From: an uncultured Acidobacteriota bacterium
GTDB lineage: Bacteria > Acidobacteriota > Thermoanaerobaculia > Multivoradales > JAHEKO01
DNA: 64,000 nucleotides
Direction: 5' to 3'
Assembly: GCA_963713825.1 (NCBI GenBank)
Contig: CAVQNG010000014.1
Coordinates: forward strand, 1-64,000
Below the pieces are notes generated by a model. That model did not search any database. It was given only the letters and a program-made list of their open reading frames with translations, and was not told the origin of the DNA. Of this stretch, positions 37,303 through 47,173 are shown piece by piece. Both the position numbers and the translations under genes were made by a program. Numbering within the stretch: the stretch's first letter is position 1; every line of letters starts with the position of its first letter.

Positions 37303-38625
37303 ATGAACGCTTCTCAGGTCCCCTTCATCGGCACCTCCCTGCCTGGACCCAAGGCTCAGGCGATGCTGGATCGGGAGAAGGTCTGGGTCTCCCAGAACTA
37401 CGTCAAGGACTACCCGCTTGTGGTCGACAGGGCCGAGGGCATGGTCCTGACCGACATGGACGGCAATCGATTCCTCGATTTCGCGGCCGGCATTGCAGTC
37501 TGTGCGACGGGCCATTGTCACCCGCGGGTCGTCGCAGCCATCCAGAGGCAGGCCGAACGGTTGCTCCACCTTTGCGCCATCGACTTCTACTATCCGCAAG
37601 TCGTGGAGCTTGCCGAGCGGCTTGCCGCCCTGGCTCCGGGTGATTCCAAGAAGCGCGTCTACTTCGCCAATTCGGGTGCTGAAGGAGTCGAGACCGCTCT
37701 CAAGCTGGCGCGTCTGCGCACTGGGCGGCAGAAGATCGTCGCCTGCTTCGGCGCCTTTCATGGCCGGACCATGGGAGCGCTTTCGCTCACCGCGAGCAAG
37801 GCTACGCACCGCAGGGGCTACGCTCCATTTCTACCCGAAGTGCACCACACCCACTACGCCTCGTGCTATCGCTGCCCGGTGGGTGGCGAGCCGGGGACCT
37901 GCAAAGTCGAGTGCCTGGATCTCTTGGAAAAGACACTCTTCAACACCGTGGCACCGCCGGAGGAGATTGCGGCCATCGTCGTCGAGCCTGTGCAGGGCGA
38001 GGGTGGCTACTTCGTGCCGAAGCCTGAGTTCCTGGAGCGGATTGCCAGGCTAGCGAAGGAGCACGGCATCCTCGTTATCGCCGACGAGGTGCAGAGTGGT
38101 TTCGGCCGGACCGGCAAGATGTTCGCCTGCGAGCATTTCGAGCTCGAGCCGGACATCCTGGTACTGGGCAAGGGTATCGCTTCCGGCATGCCGCTCTCCG
38201 CGGTCGTGGCCAGCGACGAGCTCATGCAGTGGCGCTCAGGTGGGCATGGCAGCACGTTTGGGGGCAATCCCGTCTCCTGCGAGGCGGCCCTGGCGACGAT
38301 CGAGCTCCTGGAAGAGGGTTTGATCGACAACGTCACCAAGATGGGTGACTACTTGAAGGGCCGGCTGCAGGGGCTCATGGAGAAGCACGCCTGCATCGGA
38401 GACGTCCGAGGTTTGGGTCTGATGCTCGCCGTGGACCTGGTGAAGGATCGGGAGTCGAGAGAACCGGATGGGGAGCTGCTCGAAAAGGTTCTGTATTCGG
38501 CCTTCGAGAAGGGCGTGGCATTTCTCGGCTGTGGCGCGAGCAGTGTGCGCATCGCACCGCCGCTGATCATCACCGAAAGCGAAGCCGACATCGCGGTCGA
38601 CATCCTGGATCAGGTGCTGGCCTAA
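37303..38625 (+). CDS. Class-III PLP aminotransferase (4-aminobutyrate/acetylornithine family)
   Basis: NSGAEGVE, FHGRT, EPVQGEGG, DEVQSGFGRTG, LGKGIASG, HGSTFGGN. Confidence 0.9.
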   Translation: MNASQVPFIGTSLPGPKAQAMLDREKVWVSQNYVKDYPLVVDRAEGMVLTDMDGNRFLDFAAGIAVCATGHCHPRVVAAIQRQAERLLHLCAIDFYYPQVVELAERLAALAPGDSKKRVYFANSGAEGVETALKLARLRTGRQKIVACFGAFHGRTMGALSLTASKATHRRGYAPFLPEVHHTHYASCYRCPVGGEPGTCKVECLDLLEKTLFNTVAPPEEIAAIVVEPVQGEGGYFVPKPEFLERIARLAKEHGILVIADEVQSGFGRTGKMFACEHFELEPDILVLGKGIASGMPLSAVVASDELMQWRSGGHGSTFGGNPVSCEAALATIELLEEGLIDNVTKMGDYLKGRLQGLMEKHACIGDVRGLGLMLAVDLVKDRESREPDGELLEKVLYSAFEKGVAFLGCGASSVRIAPPLIITESEADIAVDILDQVLA

Positions 38626-38628
38626 GCT

Positions 38629-39837
38629 ATGACGCGATCACGACAAGAGCTCTTCGAGGCGATCGACCGGGCCGAGCCGATCGACCTGCTGAGCGAGTTG
38701 ATTCGCATTCCCAGTCACCGTGGGCTCGAACGACAGGAAGAAGGAGTGGCTCTCGCTCTCGGCGCGTATCTGGAGTCGCATGGTCTCGAGGTGAGTCTCG
38801 AGGAGGTGGTAAAGGGACGACCGAATCTGATCTGCACTCTCGAGGGCGAGGGACGGGGTCGACACCTTCTTCTTTGTGGGCACACCGACACGGTTCCTCT
38901 GAATGAAGGTGACGAAGGTGTCGGGTTTTCGGGTCTTGTTCGCGATGGATGGGTCGAGGGACGTGGAAGTGTCGACATGAAGGGCGCCCTGGCTTCGATG
39001 GCCGCCACGATGGTGGCACTCCATCGAACCGGCCAATTGCAGAAAGGCCGGGTGACCTTGGCGGCGATCATCGACGAGGAGATGGAGAGCCTTGGCGCCG
39101 AGCATCTGGTGGCGAGCGGCTTCCAGGCAGACGGGGCCATCGTTGGAGAGCCGACCGAGAATCGTCTGAGCCTGGGTCACAAGGGGCTCGAGTGGCTCGA
39201 GTTTCGATTCCAGGGCAAAGCGGCCCATGGTGGCACACCGCAGGCGGGAATCAACGCGATCGACGCCGCTGCTCGCTTCATCGAGCTGGCGCGAACCGAG
39301 TTGGTGTGTCGATTTGGTGACCGTGCTGATCCTCTGCTGGGGCCACCGACCCTGAACTTCGGAACGATCCGGGGTGGGGACCAACCCTCGACCGTGGCGG
39401 CCTACTGCGCACTGACCGCCGATCGCCGTTCAGTACCTGGCGAGAACTTCGAGTCGATGACGAAAGAGCTTCGGGCTCTGCTCGATCGGGTCGAATCGGA
39501 AATGCCAGGACTGAGAACTGAGCTGGTCAGGGTCGCTGGGGGGATGGCGACTCTCGAGCATGTGGCCCTGAAAACGCAGGCCGACGATCCAGTAGCGCTA
39601 TCGGTCGACCGGGCCGCTCGCGAGGTTCTCGAGTCGGAGTGCGCCCCTGGCGACTTTCCCGCCTGGACCGATGGAGCGCTGCTGGCCGGTTTTGGAGGGA
39701 TTCCCACCGTCATCCTGGGACCCGGCGACTTGCAGCTTGCTCACTCGCCGCGGGAAGCCATCGAAGTCGAAGAGGTCTTGGAGGCGGCTCGGGTCTACGC
39801 AGTGGCAACACTCGACTTCTGCCACAAAAGCACATGA
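38629..39837 (+). CDS. M20 family metallopeptidase / ArgE-DapE-type deacylase
   Basis: GHTDTVP, GRGSVDMKG, DEE, GEPT, GKAAHGG, AHSPREAI. Confidence 0.9.
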   Translation: MTRSRQELFEAIDRAEPIDLLSELIRIPSHRGLERQEEGVALALGAYLESHGLEVSLEEVVKGRPNLICTLEGEGRGRHLLLCGHTDTVPLNEGDEGVGFSGLVRDGWVEGRGSVDMKGALASMAATMVALHRTGQLQKGRVTLAAIIDEEMESLGAEHLVASGFQADGAIVGEPTENRLSLGHKGLEWLEFRFQGKAAHGGTPQAGINAIDAAARFIELARTELVCRFGDRADPLLGPPTLNFGTIRGGDQPSTVAAYCALTADRRSVPGENFESMTKELRALLDRVESEMPGLRTELVRVAGGMATLEHVALKTQADDPVALSVDRAAREVLESECAPGDFPAWTDGALLAGFGGIPTVILGPGDLQLAHSPREAIEVEEVLEAARVYAVATLDFCHKST

Positions 39838-41181
39838 AGCTTCGCGTCCCCCATACGTTCGCCCTGCTCTTCGGCCTCGTAGTCGTAGCCGCAATCGCGA
39901 CCCACTGGATTCCGGCTGGACAATTCGATCGGCAGGAGGTGGACGGCAGAGAGCTGGTGCTACCCGACTCGTATCACCGTGTCGAGGGCGCGCCCGCTGG
40001 CATTGCCGAGATCTTCTTGGCCTACCCGAGAGGGCTCGTCGAGACGGCATACATTGTTTTCTACATCTTCATCATCGGAGGGGCCTTTGGCGTCATCAAC
40101 GCAACTGGTGCGGTAGAGGCATCGATCAACGGCATCGTCAGAGCTTGCAGGGGGAGCGGGGAGCTGATCGTTGCGGTTCTGGTAGTGCTGTTCTCGATCG
40201 CCGGGGCCACGATCGGGATGGCGGAGGAGACCCTTGTCTTCCTCCCGGGTCTATTGATCCTGACGAGACGCCTCGGCTACAACGACATCACTGCTGGTGC
40301 TATCGGGCTGGTGGGGGCCGGCGCCGGGTTCTCGGGTGCCTTCCTCAATCCGTTCACGGTTGGCGTCGCGCAGGGCATCGCTGGACTGCCCCTGTTCTCG
40401 GGGTCGGCTACCGGTTGCTCGTCTGGACTGTAATCACCGCCATAACCGTCGTCTTCGTCGTGCTGTACGCGAGACGAACCCGAACGCAGGGTCAGATCGA
40501 GCGAACCGGCGAGCGAGACCAGTTCGGATGTGGGCGCTCGTCAGAAAGCTCGTGCTGGGACTGCTGGTGGCAGCACTCCTGTCTGTCGTGGTCGGTGCCC
40601 TGCGGTGGCAGTGGGGAATCATGGAGCTTTCAGGCCTCTTCATCGCGGTAGCGGTGCTGGCGGGCCTCGTCGGGGGCCTCGGCGCGAGCGGCACGGGCGA
40701 GCGATTTCTGGAGGGTGCCGCGGCGATCACGGGAGGCGCGCTGGTCGTGGGTCTGGCGCGCGGCATCCTGGTCATCTTCGATGGTGCGAGCGTCACCGAC
40801 ACCATCCTGTATGGCATGGCCTCCTCGGTGAGCGGGCTGCCCGCATCCATCAGCGTGGCCGGGATCTACGGAGTCCAGGTGCTGCTGAACTTCCTGGTTC
40901 CCTCGGGTAGTGGCCAGGCGGCCCTGTCGATCCCCATTCTGGCGCCTCTTGGCGACCTGGTCGGTGTAACCCGACAGACAACGGTGCTGGCGTACCAGTT
41001 TGGCGATGGGTTCTCGAACGTGCTGACTCCCACCCAGGGCTACTTCATGGCTGGGCTGGCGCTCATCGGCGTTCGTTGGGAACGCTGGGTGCGTTTCATC
41101 TGGCCCCTGCAGCTGATCTGGATCGCCACCGGGTTGGTGTTCTTGCTCATCGCCCACTGGATCCAGTGGGGCCCCTTCTGA
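39834..41181 (+). CDS. YfcC/DcuC-family amino-acid or dicarboxylate transporter (frameshifts near 40405 and 40530)
   Basis: VPHTFALLF, IPAGQFDR, GMAEET, NPFTVGVAQGIAGLPLFSG, PSGSGQA, LAYQFGDGFSN, spread across frames. Confidence 0.82.
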
Positions 41182-41229
41182 GCTCACATTGAAGTCTGGC
41201 TCGACCTCGCCACCACGCCGGGGGTCCGA

Positions 41230-42426
41230 CTAGTCGGACTGGGCCTGGTCGGTGAAGCGGAGGTCCTCGTCGATCGAGAAACCCCTGGTGCGAAGCTCTT
41301 CGACATAGTGCTTCGGATTCACCGACAGCTCGCGCGGGACGGCCCCCCGAGTCGTATCGCCCCGCGCCATCATCTCGGCGACGATGGCTCCATCCCAACC
41401 GGTGGTGCGCTGCATGGATGTAAAGCCGGTGTCGGGATCGTAGAAATCGACGAGATCGAGCTGCGCCTCCGCAGCCCTTCCTTGATGGTGTCCTCTGGCG
41501 ACGACACGGATGACGACAGCGTCCTCGAACTTCCCGCGGACTTCGAGGCGAGGACCCAGGACGGCATGGAGGACATCCCTTGGCCTGACTGTTGCCCCTT
41601 GAATCTCCATCGGGTTTTGTTCGAATAGCCCGGCGTCGCGAAAGGCCTGCCACTGAGCCGCATGGCCCGGGTATCGAACCGTGCGGTTTTCCAGGGTCTG
41701 GAGCTTGCCGGCGAAGGTCCAGGGCATGGTGGAGGTGCCACCGGCCGTGACGAAAGCCTCGAGCTCGCCGAACGGCTCCGGGAAATCGAGTAGCTCGTAT
41801 CCTTCCGGGTCGAAGCAGGGGACTTCCGTGATCTCCCCGCCCCGCAGAAAGATCCCGTTGCCGTCGTACTCGTTCGTGAGGCCGGCGATGTTGAAGGTCA
41901 GAGCGTAGTTCCATGGCGGTTGGGGCCGAGCCGGAATGCCGCCGTCCCACATGATCACCTCTCGTGGATCGTCCAGGAGATTCATGGTGTAGGTCATCAA
42001 ACTGGTTCCCATTCCCGGTACCTGGCCGCAATCGGGGATGATGCTGATGCCGGCTTCGCGGGCCCGGCTGTCGAGCTCGAGCTGCTGCCGCACGATGGCG
42101 GTGTTGCCGCCGAGATCGCACATATTGGCGCGGGCTTCGATGGCGGCTTCGGTCAACGGCAGATTGAGGTAGTACGGCACGGCGCTCAAGAAGCTGTCGA
42201 TGTTCTGAAGGAAAGCCACCACCGCCTCGTGGTCAGTGACATCGAGGCCGGCGCCACTGGCGATAGTGCTTCCAACCAACTCGTTGACCCGAAGTGCGGC
42301 TCGGCCGGCGGCCTCGGAATCGAGGTCGGCGATGACGACACTGGTCGCGTCGCCGTTGGAGGCCATGTCGAACGCAGCCGCTGTTCCCTGACGTCCGCCA
42401 CCCAGAACCCCATACTTGAAGCTCAT
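41230..42426 (-). CDS. Saccharopine dehydrogenase family oxidoreductase (lysine 6-dehydrogenase-like)
   Basis: VLGGGRQG, SAVPYYLN, DLGGN, PDCGQVPG, GLTNEY, TAGGTSTMP, RYPGH, SMQRTTG; GGAGGGAG RBS. Confidence 0.85.
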   Translation of the reverse strand: MSFKYGVLGGGRQGTAAAFDMASNGDATSVVIADLDSEAAGRAALRVNELVGSTIASGAGLDVTDHEAVVAFLQNIDSFLSAVPYYLNLPLTEAAIEARANMCDLGGNTAIVRQQLELDSRAREAGISIIPDCGQVPGMGTSLMTYTMNLLDDPREVIMWDGGIPARPQPPWNYALTFNIAGLTNEYDGNGIFLRGGEITEVPCFDPEGYELLDFPEPFGELEAFVTAGGTSTMPWTFAGKLQTLENRTVRYPGHAAQWQAFRDAGLFEQNPMEIQGATVRPRDVLHAVLGPRLEVRGKFEDAVVIRVVARGHHQGRAAEAQLDLVDFYDPDTGFTSMQRTTGWDGAIVAEMMARGDTTRGAVPRELSVNPKHYVEELRTRGFSIDEDLRFTDQAQSD

Positions 42427-42464
42427 TCGTCTCCCTCCAGAAAATGCGGTTCGATCAGGGTCTA

Positions 42465-43874
42465 CTATCGAGTCGGCCCCGTCGGATCTTGATCCACCGG
42501 ATGACGGCGCCACCAGTAGTAAGCGGGTAGCCCCAGAGCGACTAGACCTAGACCGAGGAATGACTCGATCGGTTTCTCCATGAGTGTGTTGGCGATCAGA
42601 AGTACCGACGCCAGGATGAACAGTGCTGGAACCGCGGGGTAGCCCCAGACGCGGTAGGGCCTGGGAGCCTCTGGGAGCTTGCGTCGCAGGATGAACACAG
42701 CCCCAGTGGTTGCCGCGTGAAACAGGACCGCTGCGAAGACGACGTAGGTATAGAGCTGTTCGTAGGTACCCGACAGGGTGAGCACGATCGCCCACAGGCT
42801 CTGAGCCCACAGGCTCCGCCCTGGAGTGCGGAATTTGGGATGCACCTTGGCCAGGGACCGAAAGAAGACGCCGTCTCGAGCCATGGGCAGATAGATGCGC
42901 GGGCTGTACAAAATGGTGGCCGACAGACAGCCGAAGGTGGAGATCAAGACCCCGAGAGAGACCAGCTTGGCGGCGCCCGGCCCGAACAATACAGCTGCGG
43001 CGGTCTCGGCGATGCGGGGGGTTGCTGCCATGGCTTCCATCGACAGGGCCCGGAAGTAGACCAGATTGACCAGGCCATAGAGAGTCATGATGGCCACCGT
43101 GCCCCAGATGAGGCCGATGGGTAGGCTGCGCTCAGGGGTCTTCATCTCACCGGCCGAGAACGTCGGACCGTACCACCCGTCGTAGGTCCACAGGGCGGCG
43201 ATCATGCCGATGCCGAGAGCCGTGAGGAGACCGGTGGAGGCCACCGGTTGCACGAGGTGGTAGGAGGTCGTCGGTTCGACGGTCAAACCGAACGCTACCA
43301 GGAGCCCGATGGACCCGATGCGAATCACCGTCAGCAGATTCTGGACGACGGCACCCTCGCGAAGACCGATGTAGTTGACGGTGGTCAGGACCAGGATCGC
43401 CAGAGCGGCTGCGAGCTGACCGCCGGAGACCGACCAGGTCCAGCCAAGCAAAGGCAGCGACCAGAGCTTGTTGCCCATCGAGAAGAAAGGTACGAAGCTC
43501 CCGAGGTACTCGCCGAAGGCCACTGCGAGGGCGGCGATTCCTCCCGACAGAATAATGAGAAAGCAGGCCCATCCGAACAGGAAGCCCCAGAGCGGGCCGT
43601 AGGCTTCCTTGAGGAAGTGATACATCCCGCCAGCCCTGGGAAACATAGTGCCCAGCTCGGCGTAAGTCAGAGCTCCGGCGAGGGTCAGTAGCCCGCCCAG
43701 GATCCAGACCAGCAGAATGGTTCCCTGGCTCGGTAGGACTCGCGCCATGTCGGCGGTGGTAATGAAGATGCCGGTGCCGATCACCGAGCCGATGGTCAGC
43801 AGGGTCGTGTCCCAGGTTCCGAGACCGCGAACGAGCTCAGCCTGGGATCCGGATGACTTGTCTGGATTCGCCAC
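42465..43874 (-). CDS. APC-family amino acid permease
   Basis: GSVIGTGIF, YAELGTMFPRAGGMY, LWTYDGW, GEMKTPER; about 12 TM segments; start approximate. Confidence 0.9.
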   Translation of the reverse strand: MANPDKSSGSQAELVRGLGTWDTTLLTIGSVIGTGIFITTADMARVLPSQGTILLVWILGGLLTLAGALTYAELGTMFPRAGGMYHFLKEAYGPLWGFLFGWACFLIILSGGIAALAVAFGEYLGSFVPFFSMGNKLWSLPLLGWTWSVSGGQLAAALAILVLTTVNYIGLREGAVVQNLLTVIRIGSIGLLVAFGLTVEPTTSYHLVQPVASTGLLTALGIGMIAALWTYDGWYGPTFSAGEMKTPERSLPIGLIWGTVAIMTLYGLVNLVYFRALSMEAMAATPRIAETAAAVLFGPGAAKLVSLGVLISTFGCLSATILYSPRIYLPMARDGVFFRSLAKVHPKFRTPGRSLWAQSLWAIVLTLSGTYEQLYTYVVFAAVLFHAATTGAVFILRRKLPEAPRPYRVWGYPAVPALFILASVLLIANTLMEKPIESFLGLGLVALGLPAYYWWRRHPVDQDPTGPTR

Positions 43875-43986
43875 GGCAGGAGCAAGCCTACGCAAGACCG
43901 GGAGGCGAAGTAAACAAAGATCTTGAAAGGGATCCGAGCTATGATGCTGGAGGTTTCGGCGACAGAAAGGGGGGACACGAAACCTA

Positions 43987-45189
43987 ATGTCTCTCGACAG
44001 GCGACAAGTCCTTCAGCTGGGCCCTCTGGCGCTGGCTGGCCTGGCCGCGAAGGCGAGCGAAGGACCTCTCGCCGGTCGTGCACGGGCCCGAGATCTCGGC
44101 GTTCGAATCGGCCACCTCCAGCCCGGCCGATGGAATGCCATCACCGATGTTCCGGGTGTGCAGGTTGGGCACTCCACCATCATCGAGGGAAGCGGGCCGC
44201 TGATGGTGGGCGAGGGACCTGTGCGGACCGGAGTTACAGCCATCTGGCCGAACCGCAAGATTCTCGAGGAGTATCTGCCCTGCGGCTTCGATGTGCCCAA
44301 CGGGAACGGTGAGGTAACGGGCCTGATTCAGCTCGAATCACTCGGAATTATCGGTTCTCCGATCTGTCTCACCAATACCTCCAGCGTCGGCATGGTCTAC
44401 GACGCCCTACTGGAGAAGCTGCCCAGCGACGATTTGCCGCCGGTCGAGCCGGTCGTGGGGGAGACGTGGGACGCTGTCCTCAACGATATCGAAGGTAGGC
44501 ACGTTCACAAGGAGCACGTGTTGCAGGCCCTTGAAGATGCTGGTTCCGGCCCCGTGACGGAGGGCTGCGTCGGGGGCGGCACAGGGATGATCTGCTACCA
44601 GTTCAAAGGGGGGATGGGGACTGCTTCACGGAGGCTCCCACCACCCTTGGAATCGTTCACCGTTGGCGTCCTGGTGCAAGCGAATCACGGAGCCCGAGAG
44701 CTGCTGCGGATCGATGGCGTGCCTGTTGGGGAGGCGATCGACGATCTGCTGCCCGAGTCGGGGGCGGATTCCGAGTTGAATTCGATCCTGATGGTCGTCG
44801 CGACCGACGCTCCTCTGCTGGACTACCAGCTGAATAGACTCGCCCGACGTGCTGTGCACGGTCTGGCCAAGACTGGAAGCATCTCAGGCAACTCCAGCGG
44901 CGACTTCACCCTGGCCTTCAGCACCGCGAATCCGATTCCGCGTCGAGATTTCTGGAGGGGCGACCCCTACCCTCAGCAGAGCATCGATCAGGCAGACATC
45001 TATCCGCTGCTGGAGGCTGCGAGTGAAGCCACGGAGGAGGCGATCATCAATGCCCTCTTCATGGCGACGGATATGGTGGGTCGGGACGGAAACAGAGTCT
45101 ACGCCTTGCCCTTGGATCGAACCCTCGAGGTCATGAAGCGGCACCATCGCTTGTACTCTGCGAACGAGATGGGCGGTAGTGATGATTAA
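43987..45189 (+). CDS. P1/S58 (DmpA/BapA) family Ntn aminopeptidase with Tat signal
   Basis: SLDRRQVL Tat motif, RARDLG, NAITDVPGVQVGH, VRTGVTAI, GGGTGMIC, LN|SILMVVATDAPL, NSSGDF. Confidence 0.9.
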   Translation: MSLDRRQVLQLGPLALAGLAAKASEGPLAGRARARDLGVRIGHLQPGRWNAITDVPGVQVGHSTIIEGSGPLMVGEGPVRTGVTAIWPNRKILEEYLPCGFDVPNGNGEVTGLIQLESLGIIGSPICLTNTSSVGMVYDALLEKLPSDDLPPVEPVVGETWDAVLNDIEGRHVHKEHVLQALEDAGSGPVTEGCVGGGTGMICYQFKGGMGTASRRLPPPLESFTVGVLVQANHGARELLRIDGVPVGEAIDDLLPESGADSELNSILMVVATDAPLLDYQLNRLARRAVHGLAKTGSISGNSSGDFTLAFSTANPIPRRDFWRGDPYPQQSIDQADIYPLLEAASEATEEAIINALFMATDMVGRDGNRVYALPLDRTLEVMKRHHRLYSANEMGGSDD

Positions 45190-45778
45190 GCTCGTGGAGC
45201 TACCGTTCTGCTCCGTAGTCATGCTCGATGAGTGGAATGCGTCGCCCAGCCGGTACTTCGCGGCCTACCGCTGCCGCGGAGCCTATCGGTCCATGCTCGG
45301 GCATCCGGTGGTCGATGAGTTCGCGACGATCTCGGCTCCGATCTTCCTCGCACCCCGGTCTCTTCTCGGGAAGATCTACAACGCAGGAATCAGCCTGGGC
45401 CACAAACGAGATCCTGAAATGGGGATCGATCTGGGCTGGCCCCCACTTTGTCTCGGCCTGGACGAGCCAGCACCCGAGTTGCCATCGGATTGGGAAGCGC
45501 GGCTTCTAGAAGCCGTCCAGACGAATGGAGATGCGGTGCCAAGGCTTCGCCGCAAGGACCGTGACGGCCATGAGGTAGAGACTCTCCAGATTGGCGGCGC
45601 CACTATTGTTGCCACCTCGGCTCCGCTGCTACCGAAGCAGCTGAGCCATCTGTGTGAAGCGGCATCCAACTCCGTGGTTGTGACGGTCTCCCTGGGCAAC
45701 AGGCTCGAGCGGGTTCGCGGCGGCACGCTGCGGACGGTCGACGCTTTGTCGCAAGACAGGCTGGAGCTCCTTGTATAG
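45179..45778 (+). CDS. Degenerate, shortened DmpA-like protein
   Basis: DEFATISAPIFL and TIVATSAPLLPKQLSHL echo the ESLGIIGSPICL and VVATDAPLLDYQLNRL motifs of the upstream gene. Confidence 0.55.
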   Translation: MMIKLVELPFCSVVMLDEWNASPSRYFAAYRCRGAYRSMLGHPVVDEFATISAPIFLAPRSLLGKIYNAGISLGHKRDPEMGIDLGWPPLCLGLDEPAPELPSDWEARLLEAVQTNGDAVPRLRRKDRDGHEVETLQIGGATIVATSAPLLPKQLSHLCEAASNSVVVTVSLGNRLERVRGGTLRTVDALSQDRLELLV

Positions 45779-45799
45779 CGTAGTCGAGGAGCTACTCCG

Positions 45800-47113
45800 T
45801 TGACCCCTCGCTACCCTGAAAGCAAGGTCTTTTATCGGCGCCTCGATCGCGAGTTCCGCCGCGTCGTGTCAGCCGAGGGCGCCACGCTCGTCGACGAGTC
45901 GGGCCGCCGCTACCTCGATGCATCCGGCGGTGCGATGGTGGCTAATGTGGGGCACGGAGTCGAGGAGCTCGCCGGCGCACTCGCGGAGGCAGCCCGGCTC
46001 GGTTTCGTGAGCGGTGCGCAGTTCACCCACCGGTACGTCGAAGATCTGGCTCAGGAACTGGCAGAGGTTCTGCCCGAGAACCTGCAGCACAGCTACTTCC
46101 TGGCCAGCGGATCCGAAGCAGTCGAGGCTGCTGTGAAGCTGGCGCGGCAGTATTGGGTGGAGAAGGGGAGAGAGCAGAAATGGAAGGTCATCAGCCGAGT
46201 CCCCTCCTACCACGGCAACACGCTGACGGCGCTGTCTCTCTCCGGCCGGGAACACTATCGAAAAATCTACGGCCCGCTGTTAACCGAGTTCCCGCGGATT
46301 CCCGCCCCCGATACCTACCGCCACCCGGAATCTGCCGCCTCGAGCGGTGAGATCTTGGAGGCTGCGATTCAGGAGAATGATCCAGAGACGATCGCTGCCT
46401 TCATCGCCGAGCCGATCATCGGGTCCTCGGCCGGGGCCATGGTGCCGCGCGAGGACTACTACGAGCGGACACAGGAGATCTGCCGCCGTCACGACGTGCT
46501 GTACATCGCCGACGAAGTGCTCTGTGGCATGGGGCGAACCGGACGATGGTTCGCTTTCGAGCATTTCGGAGTGGTTCCCGACATCCTGGTCCTGGGCAAG
46601 GGCCTCAATGGGGGGCTAGCGCCGCTGAGCGCCGTAGTGGCGAAGCAGGAAATCGTAGAGACGCTCGCCAAGACCAGCGGCTACTTCAATCATGCACAGA
46701 CCTATTCCCATACCCCGGTGATCTGCGCTGCGGGCCTGGCAACGATGCGCTTCTTGAAGCGGGAAAAGCTGGTGGAACGGTGCGCCGCCATGGAGAAGCC
46801 CTTCTTCGAACAACTTCAAGAGCTGCGGAGCTTCGAAGTCGTTGGCGACATCCGGGGCAAGGGCCTGCTGGCCGGAGTCGAGTTCGTGGCAGACCGGACG
46901 ACCAAGGAGCCAATGCCGCGGGCGCATCGATTTGCGGAGCGCTTCACTTCCCAGGCTTTCGACAACGGTCTCATCGTCTGGCCGAATGTCGGACACGTCG
47001 ACGGCACCCGTGGCGACCTGGTGATGCTGGCGCCACCCTTTACGGTGAGCGAACCGGAGCTGACTCGAATTGTGGAGCTCTTCAAGAAGACATTGATGGA
47101 GTTGAGCCAGTGA
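45800..47113 (+). CDS. Class-III PLP aminotransferase (omega-amino acid transaminase-like)
   Basis: YLDASGGA, SGSEAVE, SYHGNT, EPIIG, DEVLCGMGRTG, LGKGLNGG; TTG start after GAGGAG. Confidence 0.9.
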   Translation: MTPRYPESKVFYRRLDREFRRVVSAEGATLVDESGRRYLDASGGAMVANVGHGVEELAGALAEAARLGFVSGAQFTHRYVEDLAQELAEVLPENLQHSYFLASGSEAVEAAVKLARQYWVEKGREQKWKVISRVPSYHGNTLTALSLSGREHYRKIYGPLLTEFPRIPAPDTYRHPESAASSGEILEAAIQENDPETIAAFIAEPIIGSSAGAMVPREDYYERTQEICRRHDVLYIADEVLCGMGRTGRWFAFEHFGVVPDILVLGKGLNGGLAPLSAVVAKQEIVETLAKTSGYFNHAQTYSHTPVICAAGLATMRFLKREKLVERCAAMEKPFFEQLQELRSFEVVGDIRGKGLLAGVEFVADRTTKEPMPRAHRFAERFTSQAFDNGLIVWPNVGHVDGTRGDLVMLAPPFTVSEPELTRIVELFKKTLMELSQ

Positions 47114-47173
47114 GAAGCGCGTTGACTCCATGCAGGAGGCTGTCAGCTGTCGCATCTCCAGAGAGGGTTCCCG

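Noticed and set aside
11460-41181. Frameshifts in CRTAC1 (~12160), TPR (~13255, ~15025), M14 (~16500), sulfatase-like (~20065-20400), metF (~22050) and YfcC (~40405, ~40530) as programmed frameshifting or pseudogenisation
   Set aside because: They are scattered 1-2-nt indels, often in short G/C runs, with intact coding on both sides and no slippery-site plus hairpin signature. Most likely long-read consensus errors; read mapping would settle it.
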